A stretch of 63,733 nt of DNA, filler included, from Octopus bimaculoides (GCF_001194135.2; 6 parts of 5 records of this genome joined end to end with filler, not necessarily neighbours in it); one strand, 5' to 3'. Positions 50,230-62,511 are shown, counted from the whole stretch's first letter. The notes: generated from the sequence alone by a model not told the origin. Program-made: numbers and translations.

Positions 50230-50800
50230 ATATTCTTTTATCTTTTTACATGTTACAGTCATTTGACTGCAGCCATGCTGGAGCACCACCTTAAAAGGAC
50301 TTATTCTTTGTAAGCCTAGTACTTATTCTGTTGTTCTCTTTTGTTGAACCGCTAAGTTACAGGGACATAAACATACCAACATCAGTTGTCACGTGATGGT
50401 GTGGGGACAAACACAGACACAAAGACTCACATGCATAAACATATATATATAACTACATGTGGATTGTTGACGATTTTCTCTTTCCTCCATCTTTCTTTTC
50501 TTTTGGACTTTCTTCTGTCTCCTGTTTCTGAAGAAGAGCTTTGCTTGAAACGTAAAACACCCTTTCTTTCCTTCCTTGAGCATCTTATTAATATTTTGCA
50601 TGTACCATGTCCTCGCGTTGTTGTTTTTTTTTTGTGTTTTTCTCCATTTTTTGGGATTAACTATATATATATATATTACAGGCTTTTTTTCAGTTTCTGT
50701 CTACGAAATCCACTCACAAGGCTTTAGTAGAAGATACTTGCCCAAGGTGCCACGCATGTGGTTGGGAAGCAAGCTTCTTACCACACAAATACACCTGCAC
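50230..50800 (-). mobile_element. SINE family B full copy with internal insert
   Basis: Head at 50680-50800, (TA) tract, tail at 50230-50400. Confidence 0.7.
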
Positions 50801-51194
50801 ATTTAATGTGTCTACGATTCAAGAATACAAACAGTTCCTCTCATAGGCTTCCATTCAGCTTTCATCTGCCACATTTCACAAAGACATTGGTTAACTGATG
50901 ACAATCACCCGAATGTGACAAGCAGTGGAAATAAATCCAGAACCACATAGCTTTACTTCACAGCCATACCTTGAAGTAACTACATTAACTTTACAAAGTC
51001 TTGTAACAGACTGCTTGTGTCCATGAAGAAATGGTCAACAAGCTTGAAAATGATTTGGTGATCATATAAATTGTTTTAAAAGAAAATTATTTGAAATTAT
51101 AACCCCAGGAATGCAAAATTATTAAAACATCATCATAAATGCTTTGCAATATTTCCTCAAACTCATTATGTTCAGAGTTCTACCTCCCTAATTC

Positions 51195-52258
51195 TTATAT
51201 TTGCAGAATTGTTTGTTCACCAGACAAAATGCTTAATAGCATTTTCTTCTCTCTTTACATTCAGAGTTCAATTTCCATTGAGGTCAACTTTATCTTTCAT
51301 CCTTTCAGGGTCAATAAGATAAGTACCAGTTGAACACTGGGGATCAGTGTAATCAACCTACATCCTCCTCTGAAATTGCTGGCTGGCCTTGTGCCAAAAT
51401 TTGAAGCCATTATTATTAATATTATTATTATTATTATTATTATTAGGCAGTGAACTGGCAGAATCATTAACATGCCGGGCAAAACGCTTAGTGGTATTTT
51501 GTGTCTTTACATTCAGAGTTCAAATTCCACCAAGGTCGACTTTGGCCTTTCGGCATCGATAAAATAAGTACCAGTTGGACACTGGGGCTGATGTAATTGA
51601 CTAATTTGATAGGTTTTCATATACTGAGCTGTTTTGATAAATCTAAATGTCTTAAGTCAGTTCTGACACATTTCTCATTACTTAGATCCCTCTTCTCCAA
51701 TCAGAAGGCCTGACTGCATAAAGAACTGCAGATGAAAGCTGCTACACTCATCCATAATCTTTCCAGTAGACCTATTTGACATATCTGTTTAATAATTATG
51801 TTCAATGTATTGCCAGAACTGCAACTGGCCTGCAATTGATTGAATCGATAAGGCTGTATGTGTAATGGTTTGTTTATAAGTCTTGTTTTAGCTTAATCAC
51901 ACACTATCTCTTTTCTGTTCATCTCTTATGCAAACACTGAGTCTAATCAGACACTTCTGGCACATTGACTTTCCAATATTCCTGTTGTTAGGAAGTGCAG
52001 TGTTTTTTTTTTTTTGTTTTTTTTTTCAAGGCAGCAAGCTGGCAGAATCATTAGCACACCAGGCAAAATGCTTAGTGATATTTCATCCATCTTCATGTTC
52101 TGAGTTCAAATTTTGCCGAGATCAAAATTTACCTTTTATCCTTTCAGGGTCAATGAAATAAGTACCAGTTGAGTACTGGGGTCAATGTAATCAACTTTCT
52201 CCCCTCCCCCTATGTTTCAGGCCTTGTGCCTAAAGTAGAAAGGATTATTATATTATTA

Positions 52259-52292
<34 letters not shown>

Positions 52293-53205
52293 GATTAATA
52301 CATTCTGGGTTCAAATTCTGTTGAGGTTGACTTTGCCTTTCATCCTTTTGGAGTCGATGAAATAAGTACCAGTTATGCACTGAGGTTGATAGAATCGACT
52401 AGTCCCCTCATCATAGTTTCAGGCTTTGTGTCTATAGTAGAAAAGATTAAAAGCAGTGAGTTAGCAGGATTGTTAAACTCTGGACGAAATGCTTAGCAGT
52501 ATTTTACCTGTTGCTACGTTCTGAGTTCTAATTCCACCAAAGTTGACTTTGCCTTTCATTCTTTCAGGGTCGATAAAATAAGTACCAGTTGAAAACTGGG
52601 GTCAATGTAATCAACTCTTCCCCTCCCCCAAAACTGCAGCCCTTGTGGCAAAATTTGAAACCATTATTATTATTATTGATTATTACATTTTGTCTCCTTA
52701 TATTCTGGGTTCAAATCCTGTCGAAGTTGACTTTGCCTTTCATCCTTCCAGCTTCAATAAAACAAGTACCAGTTGAATTTTGGGGTCAATGTAATCAATC
52801 TTACCCCTCCCTTCAAAATTGCTGACCCTGTACCAAAATTAGAAAAACTTACCATTATTATAACAGTCGCACACTGGAGTCGATGTAATCAAGTGGCCCT
52901 CTCATCCAAAATTTTAGGCCTTGCACTCGTAATAGAAAGAATTATTATTATTATTATTATTATTAAGATGGTGAGCTGGCAGAATCGTAAGCACACTGGG
53001 CAAAATACTTAGCAGCATTTCATCTGTCTTTACATTCTGAGTTCAAGTTCCATGTGCTCTGCTTTGCCTTTCATCCTTTCAGTATTGATAAAATTACTAT
53101 CAGTTGAACCCTGGGGTCAATGTAATTGACTTAGCCACCTCCCCTGAACTTGCTGACCTTAAGCCAAAACTTGAAACCATTATTATTATTATTATTATTA
53201 TCATT
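51195..53205 (+). mobile_element. Head-to-tail array of ~8 diverged SINE family A copies, most followed by (ATT)n tails
   Basis: Repeating core ...gttcaaat...ctttgcctttcatcc...ataagtaccagttg...gggtcaatgtaatc... in intron 1 of the LRR gene. Confidence 0.88.
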
Positions 53206-53600
53206 ATTATGCTAAATGCCTTATGGTATTTATGTTATGGCTTTCAATCAATAGGTCAACAAAACCTCAAACATTTAAATAGCTTACAATATTCTGTAAC
53301 AGCCTTCTACAATGACAGTTAATTGCTAATCCAATTTGTTTTTAGTCCGAACATGATGGTTGTTAATTACTAGCCTTATTGTTATAGTTATTGCTGATAC
53401 TAAACCTTAATTGCTAGTGCTCACAGCAATTGAAAACTATGAGCCAATTTCAATCTTTAGTTGTGGCCAGTTCACATCACTCTGATAATTTTTTTTAAGG
53501 AAGATCTAATTATTACACAAGTTCCCTTACCCCCACTTCCTTCTTGTACCGAATAAAAAATTGTAATAAAAGTAATTTTTATTTCTTCATATTTTTGCAG

Positions 53601-54230
53601 TACATTCAAAGCAAGTCAAAGCGAATAAACACTGAATCCCAGATAGCTCTACCAATCCCAGAGACACTGTCACTCTACGAACGTCTCAATGCTTCATTCA
53701 ACTCTTTGACTGAGATCCAATTGAACATGCCATTTATATTTCCACACCTGACTTACCTGGATTTGAGCCACAACAATCTCTATTTCCTGCCTGATACAAT
53801 GGGGCTCTTCCTACATTTGGAAATCCTCATTCTACACCATAACTATCTCAAACAAATTCCACACAGCATGGTTCAACTTGACAAACTCTCCAAACTCGAT
53901 CTTTCCAACAACATGTTGATAACACTGCCCAAATCTCTTGGAGAAATGAAATCACTGCAAAAACTAAATATTTCACATAACAAGATCCGGGAATTACCCT
54001 TGTCTCTTATTGAGTGCAGCTCTTTGCGGTTAATTTTAGCTTGTGACAACCTGATGGAAAATCCACCACAAAACATTTGTGATCGAGGATCAAAACCCAT
54101 TTTAGACTATTTCAAGCAGAAGAGGCTTGATGGTTTATCTAATCAAAAACCACCAAAATCAAACTTTAAATTTCCCAGGCAACAGTGGAACCATTCACCA
54201 ACTAATGTTCCAAATCCAGATTCCCCCCAG
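53601..54230 (+). CDS. Leucine-rich repeat protein, large exon (~6 LRRs plus PPxxxxxxGxxxIxxY cap)
   Basis: Acceptor atttttgcag, donor CAG|gtaacc; 630 nt phase 0/0. Repeats LTYLDLSHNNLYFLP, LEILILHHNYLKQIP, LSKLDLSNNMLITLP and LQKLNISHNKIRELP occur at a 23-aa period; cap NPPQNICDRGSKPILDYF. Confidence 0.93.
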
Positions 54231-56208
54231 GTAACCACTCATATTTAATTTTTTATTTAGTTTTTTTTTGTTTCATTATTACATTCATACACAAATACAC
54301 TCATAAATCTATACATATTTATCTGTGCACATCATCATCATCATCCTGAACATCATTTTACCAATTTTCATGAGAATGGGTTGGACGGGTCTTCACAATG
54401 TGTGTCAGTTGTTATTCAGACTTACTGCTCTCCTGCACAGGTTGAAGAACCCCATCTCATATGTTTCAATTTTGTTTTGCTTTCTATGGCTGGTTGCTCT
54501 TCCTAACACCAACTATTTCCCAGTGTGCTAGGTGCATTTTATTGTGCCACCAGTAGTAAAAAAGTTGTTATGTCCTCAGCAAGATTAAAGGATCCTCTTG
54601 ATTCCACATTTTACAGAATGTAATGGAGCATTTTATTATGGCACCAACATTAGAGAGGTTACCATATTTTCCACAAAGCAAAAGAGTCTACTCAACCATC
54701 CATCTTTACTTGCTCATTGACTAATGTACAGAATCTCTGGGATGGTTTATTGGTGTGTCAACCCTAGTAGGTCCCTTTATACTCTGTAATATCAGAGGGT
54801 CCTCACCAGGGTTATGTTCACTCAGAGTTATGTTGCTGAAGAGGTGAACTGAAGAAAACACTAATAACAGAAGAATGGGGATAGATGGGAGAGGAAAGCA
54901 TATATGTGTATATGTCCTCTCCTGGGGTAACACATTTTCCAACTTATGCCAACTGAGAATATGGACATTAAATGATGATGGCAGATAAGCATTTAGCTGT
55001 GTAGTTAAGAAGATTACTTCACTATCATGAGATTCCATGTTCAATATCATATATCTGTTCTCTGTTAAAATTTGAGTGTTCTCTAATGAAATTGTGTGTG
55101 TGCACGCGCGCTCTTACATACATGTACACATACATACATCCAACAAATTGTTTTTGTTCTTTAAGGTGCCTTTATTCCTAGAATCAGAGCTGTGAATATT
55201 AAAATAAGAGAAAGTTGTCACCTTTGATCAGAGGTATAGTTATGTAGCTACTTAAATATTCATCTTAACCCTGCAATCATTACTTCCTCTCTTACCTTTC
55301 AAATTTCCTCTGTTTGTTTAATTAGTTTTTGCTACCACAACAGCCTCTGTTCTTCGGACCTGTTGACTCTAAATCCACTTGATGCTCATTGTTTCCACAG
55401 TTCTCATAAATTTTTGTTCAATCCTTCTGCTTCCACAACTCTTTTCCAACAGAATACATTTTTCCTGCTTGTGTTTTTCTCCAACCACCAGCCTGCTTCA
55501 GTTTAAATCAAACAATACTTCCATCAACCAATAATCCCTCCCAATTAATGCAGTACATAACTTACATAAAACCTGAGAGGTTGTATGAGCTTTTCCTCTG
55601 CTCTTCTCCAATGATAGTCAAAATTAGTAAATGTGCAATAACAGCCATCATAATCATCATTCTGTTCTGACACAATAATTTTATCTTTCTCCAAAACCTT
55701 CCTTTCTTTTGTGAGCTGTTGTAATGGCTTATTTCTTTCCTTAGCTTATTACCGCTTTATTTGGATTTTATTAAGCACCACTTCTGTCTTTTGTGAGTTT
55801 TGTCTAACTCTGTATCACAGTTAGTCTGTTTCAGCCACAAGCACCACCAGTTGTTTTTGTTTTTTTTAATCCTATGTCAGCTCTTGCATAATTTATTAAC
55901 CCTTTTGATACCAACCCATCTCAGACCACCCTTGGTTCTCATATACCCTTCTGGCTTTAAAGTGTTTTGAATTAAAACATTCCATCAGCACTTCATTTTA
56001 ATTTTGTTTCAGATACCTGCTTAATAGTTACAAAGTTATTTTTAACTAATTTTTCATTATTTTCAAAATTAATTCAAACAAAGACTGCATTTCAACAAAA
56101 ATATGGTAGCAAATGAGTTGAAGACATTTTAGTTAAGACCATCACATCTCTAATTTTTTTTTTCAGATATAGCACGTATACATGTGCACGCGCGCGCACA
56201 CACACACA

Positions 56209-56845
56209 TACAGGGGGAAGCCAAAAATTGTCTACACTTTCACCAAAACTTTCTTTAAGTTGGCCACTTTGCTGGGAGTGTGCATCAACAAAGAACAGAG
56301 ATCAGTGATCCAATTTCTCAGGTCTCAAGGTGTATCAGGAGCTGAAATTCATTGCAGGCTGTTGGTACAATATGAGGATAGCACTCTACCATGTTGAAGT
56401 GTGTATGGGTTGATTAAGAAGTTTAAAAATGGCTGGATAAGCATGAAGAGGGAGCAGGATGCCCATCAAGCTCCAATACTGATGCGAAGATTCTCTATTT
56501 ATAGAATGGTTTTGCATACGAAATTATCCATGACAAGCTTCACTTCCATAAAGTTTGTATGAGATGGATACCAAGCTTACTGAAGTGTATAAGTGCAATC
56601 ATGTGGAGATCTGTTAATGCTTATTCAACCACTACAATGATGAAAGCAAAGCTTTTTTTGGAGAGAATACTCACAGGAGATGAGACTTGGGTCCATTACT
56701 TTGCGCCAGAATCCAAAAGGTAGAGTATGGGGTGGAAACACCTGAAATAGCCTGTGAAAGAGAAATACAAGACACAACCTTCTGCAGAGAAAGTGATGCT
56801 AATTATTTTTAAGACACAAAAGGGCCTATACTAAAAGATTACTTC
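56209..56845 (+). mobile_element. Mariner transposase pseudogene (N-terminal two thirds)
   Basis: EQRSVIQFL...GAEIH, KVCMRWIP (WVP motif), RILTGDETWVHYF, QPSAEKVML; stops and deletions. Confidence 0.88.
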
Positions 56846-56879
56846 CTCCAGTACCCCCTCCCCTCTCAAAAGAATTTTG

Positions 56880-57197
56880 TCTTGCAGGTTACTTGGTGAC
56901 CCTGTCAGTGCAGGTGCCACTTAAAAAAGCATCGAGTCCACATTGTAAAGTGGTTGGCATTTCGAAGGGCATCTAGCTGTAAAGAAAAAACCTTGCCAAA
57001 ACTGACTTCACCTCTGCTTGTGCCACATAAGCACTAAGTTCACTCTGCTGAGTGGTTGGTGTTAGGAAAGGCATCCAGCTGTAAAAATCCTACCAAAACA
57101 GTTGCAGACATCTGATGCAGGGTTCTGCCTGGCTGGCTCCTGTCAAACTATCCCACCCATGCCATCATGGAAGGCAGACGTTAAATGATGATGATGA
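56880..57197 (+). mobile_element. SINE family C, older copy with a duplicated central domain
   Basis: GGAAGGGCATCCAGCTGTAAA-like domain twice, (GAT)n tail. Confidence 0.7.
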
Positions 57198-58148
57198 TAT
57201 ATATATATATATAAAAAATTTATGTATGTATAGTTGCTGGATGTGTCCTTTTTAATGTTAAGGTTGTGATTTGCTGTTTCTATCACAGTGAATGTCATGG
57301 AATGTATAGATACTTCTTTGTTGGTTAAACACAGCCCTGTCTTATTTTAGCTTCCTATTTTCATCTACCTAGACTACTTCCTGGACCTTACATCCCTTTA
57401 GCAGTGTCCCTTGAGTAGCAGACTTAATTTATCACCTGGTTTAACACCACCACCTGCCTTTTGGGTGCCTTTAGTGGAGTCCACTCAGTTGCAAACATTG
57501 GACCCGGGTTTCTGGTTCGAAAGTACCTTCCTCCCTCACCTTTCCTCCAATTTCAAAGACCCTACAAAAGGGCATATGCCCTACCTTTCCTCTTGACTAA
57601 GCAAGAAAAAAAGCTATGGTTCTTCATTAATCGTGGTTTCTTGACCTATTTCTGCTTGTGACCCAGTTTGTGACAATTACTGGTCAACTTAATTCATTTC
57701 ACTTTGCAGCCTTATTTAATATCACCTAAGTATTGTTCATCATGAATCAAGTTTATGCATAATGTAATCTACTCTCTCGTCTGGGATATGTAACCAGTAC
57801 TGGTCTCATGGCAAAGATAGGTTACGTGTACAGGACATGTAGCTATTCTAGTCATGACACAGATATACAACTCCTCTTCTCACTGCAACTTTCTCTTCTT
57901 CACATTTCCTCTTCATAAACTATGATTGTTTTCCAATCTCCTTTCTTTCTTTCACTGCCCTGCTTACTGTATTGCTGCTCCCTCACACCCTATTTTTCTA
58001 ACCAGGTTCACTGCTCTAATTGTTGTTACATGTGAGTATACCCTAATGCTACATCTCTCTTACACTTTTGATGTTTCCTACTCTCTTTCCTTTTGGTCAC
58101 ACTCTCTCTCCTTCTCTTGTTTTTCCTGTGACTAGCTCTCACTCTCTG

Positions 58149-58197
<49 letters not shown>

Positions 58198-58429
58198 CTC
58201 TCACTGGGTAACCATGTACCTCTTCTATAGCAAGACACCTATTTCTGCCTCTCTATTTCTCTGTCACACTTTAACCTTTCATCATTTGATACTGGATCAC
58301 CTCCTCTAATGTCCCCTCTGTTGTGGCAAGACACCTGCTTCCGTTTCTCTGTCTCTTCGTCACACTTTAACCTTTCATCCTCTGACACAAGTTCCCCTCC
58401 TCAAATGCTCTCCCCCTCTCATAATTCCT

Positions 58430-58745
58430 TGTCTTGTGAGTTACTTGGTTACCATGCCAGTGCTGGTGTCACGTTAAAAGCATCCAGAGTACACTGTAAC
58501 GGGGTTGGCGTTTGGAAAGGCATCCAGTTGTAAAAATCATGCCAAAACTAACTTCGTCTGTGCTAGTGCCACATAAAAAGCACTGAGCCCACTTTCGGAG
58601 TGGTTGGTGTCAGAAAGGATATCCAGCTGTAAAATCCCTGCCAAAACAGACACAGTAGCCTAGGGTAGTTTTCCTACCTTGCCAGCTCCTTTCATCCGTC
58701 CTACTTACGCATGCATGTAAGTTGGACGTTAAATGATGATGATGA
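58430..58745 (+). mobile_element. SINE family C, older copy with a duplicated central domain
   Basis: Same organisation as 56880-57197. Confidence 0.7.
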
Positions 58746-58829
58746 TACACACACACAGATAGTGAAGCAGATCAGCACAATCAGGCTTGATACATACATA
58801 CATATATATATATATACCGAGACCTTTGG

Positions 58830-59147
58830 AAATGTGCTGTGCGGGAGAAGACCCGGCAAGCCAAGTGAGATCGTTGCCAGTGCCCCTGGACTGGCTCTTG
58901 TGCGGATGGCACATGGGATGCACCATTTTGAGCGTAGCCGTTGCCAGTACCGCCTGACTGGCCTTCATAGGATTTTCGAGCGAGATCGTTGCCAGTGCCC
59001 CTGGACTGGCTATTGTGCGGGTGGCACATAAAAGACACCATTTTGAGCGTGGCCGTTGCCAGTACTGCCTGACTGGCCCTCGTGCGGGTGACACGTAAAA
59101 GCACCCACTACACTCTCTGAGTGGTTGGCGTTAGGAAGGGCATCCAG
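58830..59147 (+). mobile_element. SINE family C, young copy with ~4-5 internal units, cut by the join
   Basis: GATCGTTGCCAGTGCCCCTGGACTGGCT appears twice verbatim. Confidence 0.85.
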
Positions 59148-59247
59148 NNNNNNNNNNNNNNNNNNNNNNNNNNNNNNNNNNNNNNNNNNNNTTAATTAAT
59201 TAANNNNNNNNNNNNNNNNNNNNNNNNNNNNNNNNNNNNNNNNNNNN
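59148..59247. other. Artificial scaffold join (44 N + TTAATTAATTAA + 44 N)
   Basis: Linker at 59192-59203. Confidence 0.95.
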
Positions 59248-59288
<41 letters not shown>

Positions 59289-59435
59289 TTGTCTGTGTGT
59301 GTGTGTGTATGTGTGTCTCTGTGTGTGTGTGTATGTGTGTGTGTGCGTGTGTGGGTGTGCGTGCGTGTGTGTGTGTGCGTGTGTGTGTGTATTTACATAT
59401 ATGTACACATACACATACATATATATATATATATT

Positions 59436-59985
59436 CATTAAATCCAGTCCCCTTAGAAAAATGTTTACTCCCCAATTTATAAAATTGTTTTACTCTGCAA
59501 CCATCAACATTGCCGGAGTAATCCGACATCTTAACAACAAGAAACTCAGAAACACATAACTAGCTAACATCCTCCCTAAAAACATACCCCCTCTCTAAAC
59601 CCTAGGTTCATATAATTCTAGAACAACAATAAACCCCCTTACCATCAGCAACCCTCAAATCCCCCAGTGTAATTCTATTACTGACACCCGATCCTTAAAC
59701 CTACCTCAAGACCTAACTATACCTCATAGAGAAATGAAGATCGATATGGATGATATTGACGGATATGAAAATCATCATAATATACAATTCACGAAAGTCT
59801 CTCTCAACCACCTAATAAATAATAATTTTAACGCCACCGCTGACAATAAACCGAACACAGGATATTCACTAATAAACAATCAGCTCACAAATTCATTCAC
59901 AACGCCCGCTTTGAATCTATGCAGCTTCAGACTTCCAGCATCCTACCCTTTATATAATCACTGTCTCACTAAAAATGTCCCTTGC
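59436..59985 (+). mobile_element. Penelope-like element fragment (linker preceding the GIY-YIG endonuclease)
   Basis: SPLRKMFTPQFIKLFYSATINIAGVIRHLNNKKL and CSFRLPASYPLYNHCLTKNV resemble the PLE motifs KIFNRNTIKLSYSC.PN...II..HN.K and CNCR...CPL...CL (from memory). Confidence 0.55.
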
Positions 59986-59992
59986 GATAAAT

Positions 59993-60365
59993 TTACTTTG
60001 CACCCACCATATTTCGGTGAGTAATAGAAGACAAGATGTCATCAGTCTCTGTTAATGCTTTCCACTTCCTGGCTGTTTTTACATCTGGTGGATTACGCCT
60101 GATTTCCATCTCCTTCGCTTCTCTCAGCATCATAACCCTTCGTATCTTCCCTAGTTTATAAATTTCGGATGTTGAAACCAGTGGTAACTGCAACGAGCCT
60201 CTTTTACGATAGAGAGCTGAACTGTTCAATATCCGAGGTAGGCCTAGCCACTTTGTAATGAGCCCATTAAATTTTTGTTCAAATATTTCAACTCGTGACA
60301 GTGCTACTTCGTATATAAAAAGTGGCCACGAAAGTCGCGGGTACAAGCCGAATTGTAGGTACCAA
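59993..60365 (-). mobile_element. Non-LTR retrotransposon fragment of the RLE group (HERO/NeSL-like), post-RT region
   Basis: WYLQFGLYPRLSWPLFIYEV...KWLGLP...SALY...LQLP...KTARKWKA. Confidence 0.8.
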
Positions 60366-60480
60366 ATTAACGTGCAAGTGGCTGAGCACTTCAAGGACAC
60401 GCGTACTATTAATGTAGTTCTCAGGGAGATTCAGTGTGACACAGATTGTGGCAAGGCTGGCCCTTTGAAATACAGGTACA
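60365..60480 (-). mobile_element. SINE family D fragment
   Basis: Reverse complement of the body at 20855-20970. Confidence 0.7.
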
Positions 60481-62117
60481 GTAGAAAGAGGAAGAAAGAT
60501 TGAAAGTTGTGATGACAGAGTACAGCAGAGTTAGCNNNNNNNNNNNNNNNNNNNNNNNNNNNNNNNNNNNNNNNNNNNNNNNNNNNNNNNNNNNNNNNNN
60601 NNNNNNNNNNNNNNNNNNNNNNNNNNNNNNNNNNNNNNNNNNNNNNNNNNNNNNNNNNNNNNNNNNNNNNNNNNNNNNNNNNNNNNNNNNNNNNNNNNNN
60701 NNNNNNNNNNNNNNNNNNNNNNNNNNNNNNNNNNNNNNNNNNNNNNNNNNNNNNNNNNNNNNNNNNNNNNNNNNNNNNNNNNNNNNNNNNNNNNNNNNNN
60801 NNNNNNNNNNNNNNNNNNNNNNNNNNNNNNNNNNNNNNNNNNNNNNNNNNNNNNNNNNNNNNNNNNNNNNNNNNNNNNNNNNNNNNNNNNNNNNNNNNNN
60901 NNNNNNNNNNNNNNNNNNNNNNNNNNNNNNNNNNNNNNNNNNNNNNNNNNNNNNNNNNNNNNNNNNNNNNNNNNNNNNNNNNNNNNNNNNNNNNNNNNNN
61001 NNNNNNNNNNNNNNNNNNNNNNNNNNNNNNNNNNNNNNNNNNNNNNNNNNNNNNNNNNNNNNNNNNNNNNNNNNNNNNNNNNNNNNNNNNNNNNNNNNNN
61101 NNNNNNNNNNNNNNNNNNNNNNNNNNNNNNNNNNNNNNNNNNNNNNNNNNNNNNNNNNNNNNNNNNNNNNNNNNNNNNNNNNNNNNNNNNNNNNNNNNNN
61201 NNNNNNNNNNNNNNNNNNNNNNNNNNNNNNNNNNNNNNNNNNNNNNNNNNNNNNNNNNNNNNNNNNNNNNNNNNNNNNNNNNNNNNNNNNNNNNNNNNNN
61301 NNNNNNNNNNNNNNNNNNNNNNNNNNNNNNNNNNNNNNNNNNNNNNNNNNNNNNNNNNNNNNNNNNNNNNNNNNNNNNNNNNNNNNNNNNNNNNNNNNNN
61401 NNNNNNNNNNNNNNNNNNNNNNNNNATATATATATATATATATATAGGAATGCATATGTGTGTTTGTGTGTTGCAGGGTTGTTTATTCTAACGCCAAATC
61501 TATGTCAATGTAGGGAAACAAGAAAAAGATCTTTTGATTTGTGTTACCATTGACGAAGAGAAAGAGTTGTTGTCTGCAAATATGTCAAGCGAGAAAGTTA
61601 TAGCCGTGAAGTAAACTTGACTACGGTGTGAATAACACCTACATTGCTTGCAGAATTTTAGCCCATATTAGTGTATATGTTATATACTGTGTAACGGCAT
61701 CGGAATATTTTAGCTCGTATATCTATTAATGTAGGTGTTGTTCACGCATTTAGTCAAATTTAGTGGACGACTATAATCTTCCTTTACGGTATAACGTCGC
61801 AAACAGCTGCTTCTATTATTATTTTTTTGTCAGCACATTTGCGATGTTCTAAATCATCCATAGATTTTTATGGTGAATATACTTAAGCTGAAAGGTGAGA
61901 TAACTGAATCAACTGAACGAGCTGGCCTTACTGAAGAAGACTACGGAAATAGCCGAGGCTGGTCAGTCAGCCTAACAAATTCTCGGTTCGGTTTTCGGGG
62001 CGATTGCAGCCTTTAGCAAAATATATGGTATGTTCTTTGTAACGGGATTGAAGCATAGCTCTTATTTCTCGCAATGCAGTTGTTATTTACACTTTCAGTG
62101 AATTATGTATATATATA

Positions 62118-62217
62118 NNNNNNNNNNNNNNNNNNNNNNNNNNNNNNNNNNNNNNNNNNNNTTAATTAATTAANNNNNNNNNNNNNNNNNNNNNNNNNNN
62201 NNNNNNNNNNNNNNNNN
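62118..62217. other. Artificial scaffold join (44 N + TTAATTAATTAA + 44 N)
   Basis: Linker at 62162-62173. Confidence 0.95.
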
Positions 62218-62225
62218 TATAATGA

Positions 62226-62258
<33 letters not shown>

Positions 62259-62473
62259 TATATATATAATGTCAGTAGTTCATATATCCAAAGAAGTTCA
62301 CCCTAAAGTATTAGAGCAGAAATATATATTTTTTTAGGAAGTTAAAAGCTATAGCCAATCATAGAAAGACCATTGATTTCACACTTATAAAGTGTTTAGA
62401 AGTACAGGCAACTCATCACACTCAAAATTTGAGTCTGAGAAGTTGCCATGAATGGCTATAACTATTAAACTTC

Positions 62474-62511
<38 letters not shown>

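Noticed and set aside
399-54230. A functional cluster linking the Ca2+ channel gene, rDNA and the CRE-bearing LRR gene
   Set aside because: Three artificial joins separate them, so the proximity may be an artefact of assembly.
58229-58388. Two ~63-bp direct repeats at ~97-bp spacing
   Set aside because: They lie in the pyrimidine-rich leader of a SINE C copy and look like ordinary local duplication.
916-61455. Long ORFs running through N gaps (for example 5793-7010, 17375-18431, 27468-28847, 60421-61455)
   Set aside because: They are open only because N codons translate as X; there is no coding evidence.
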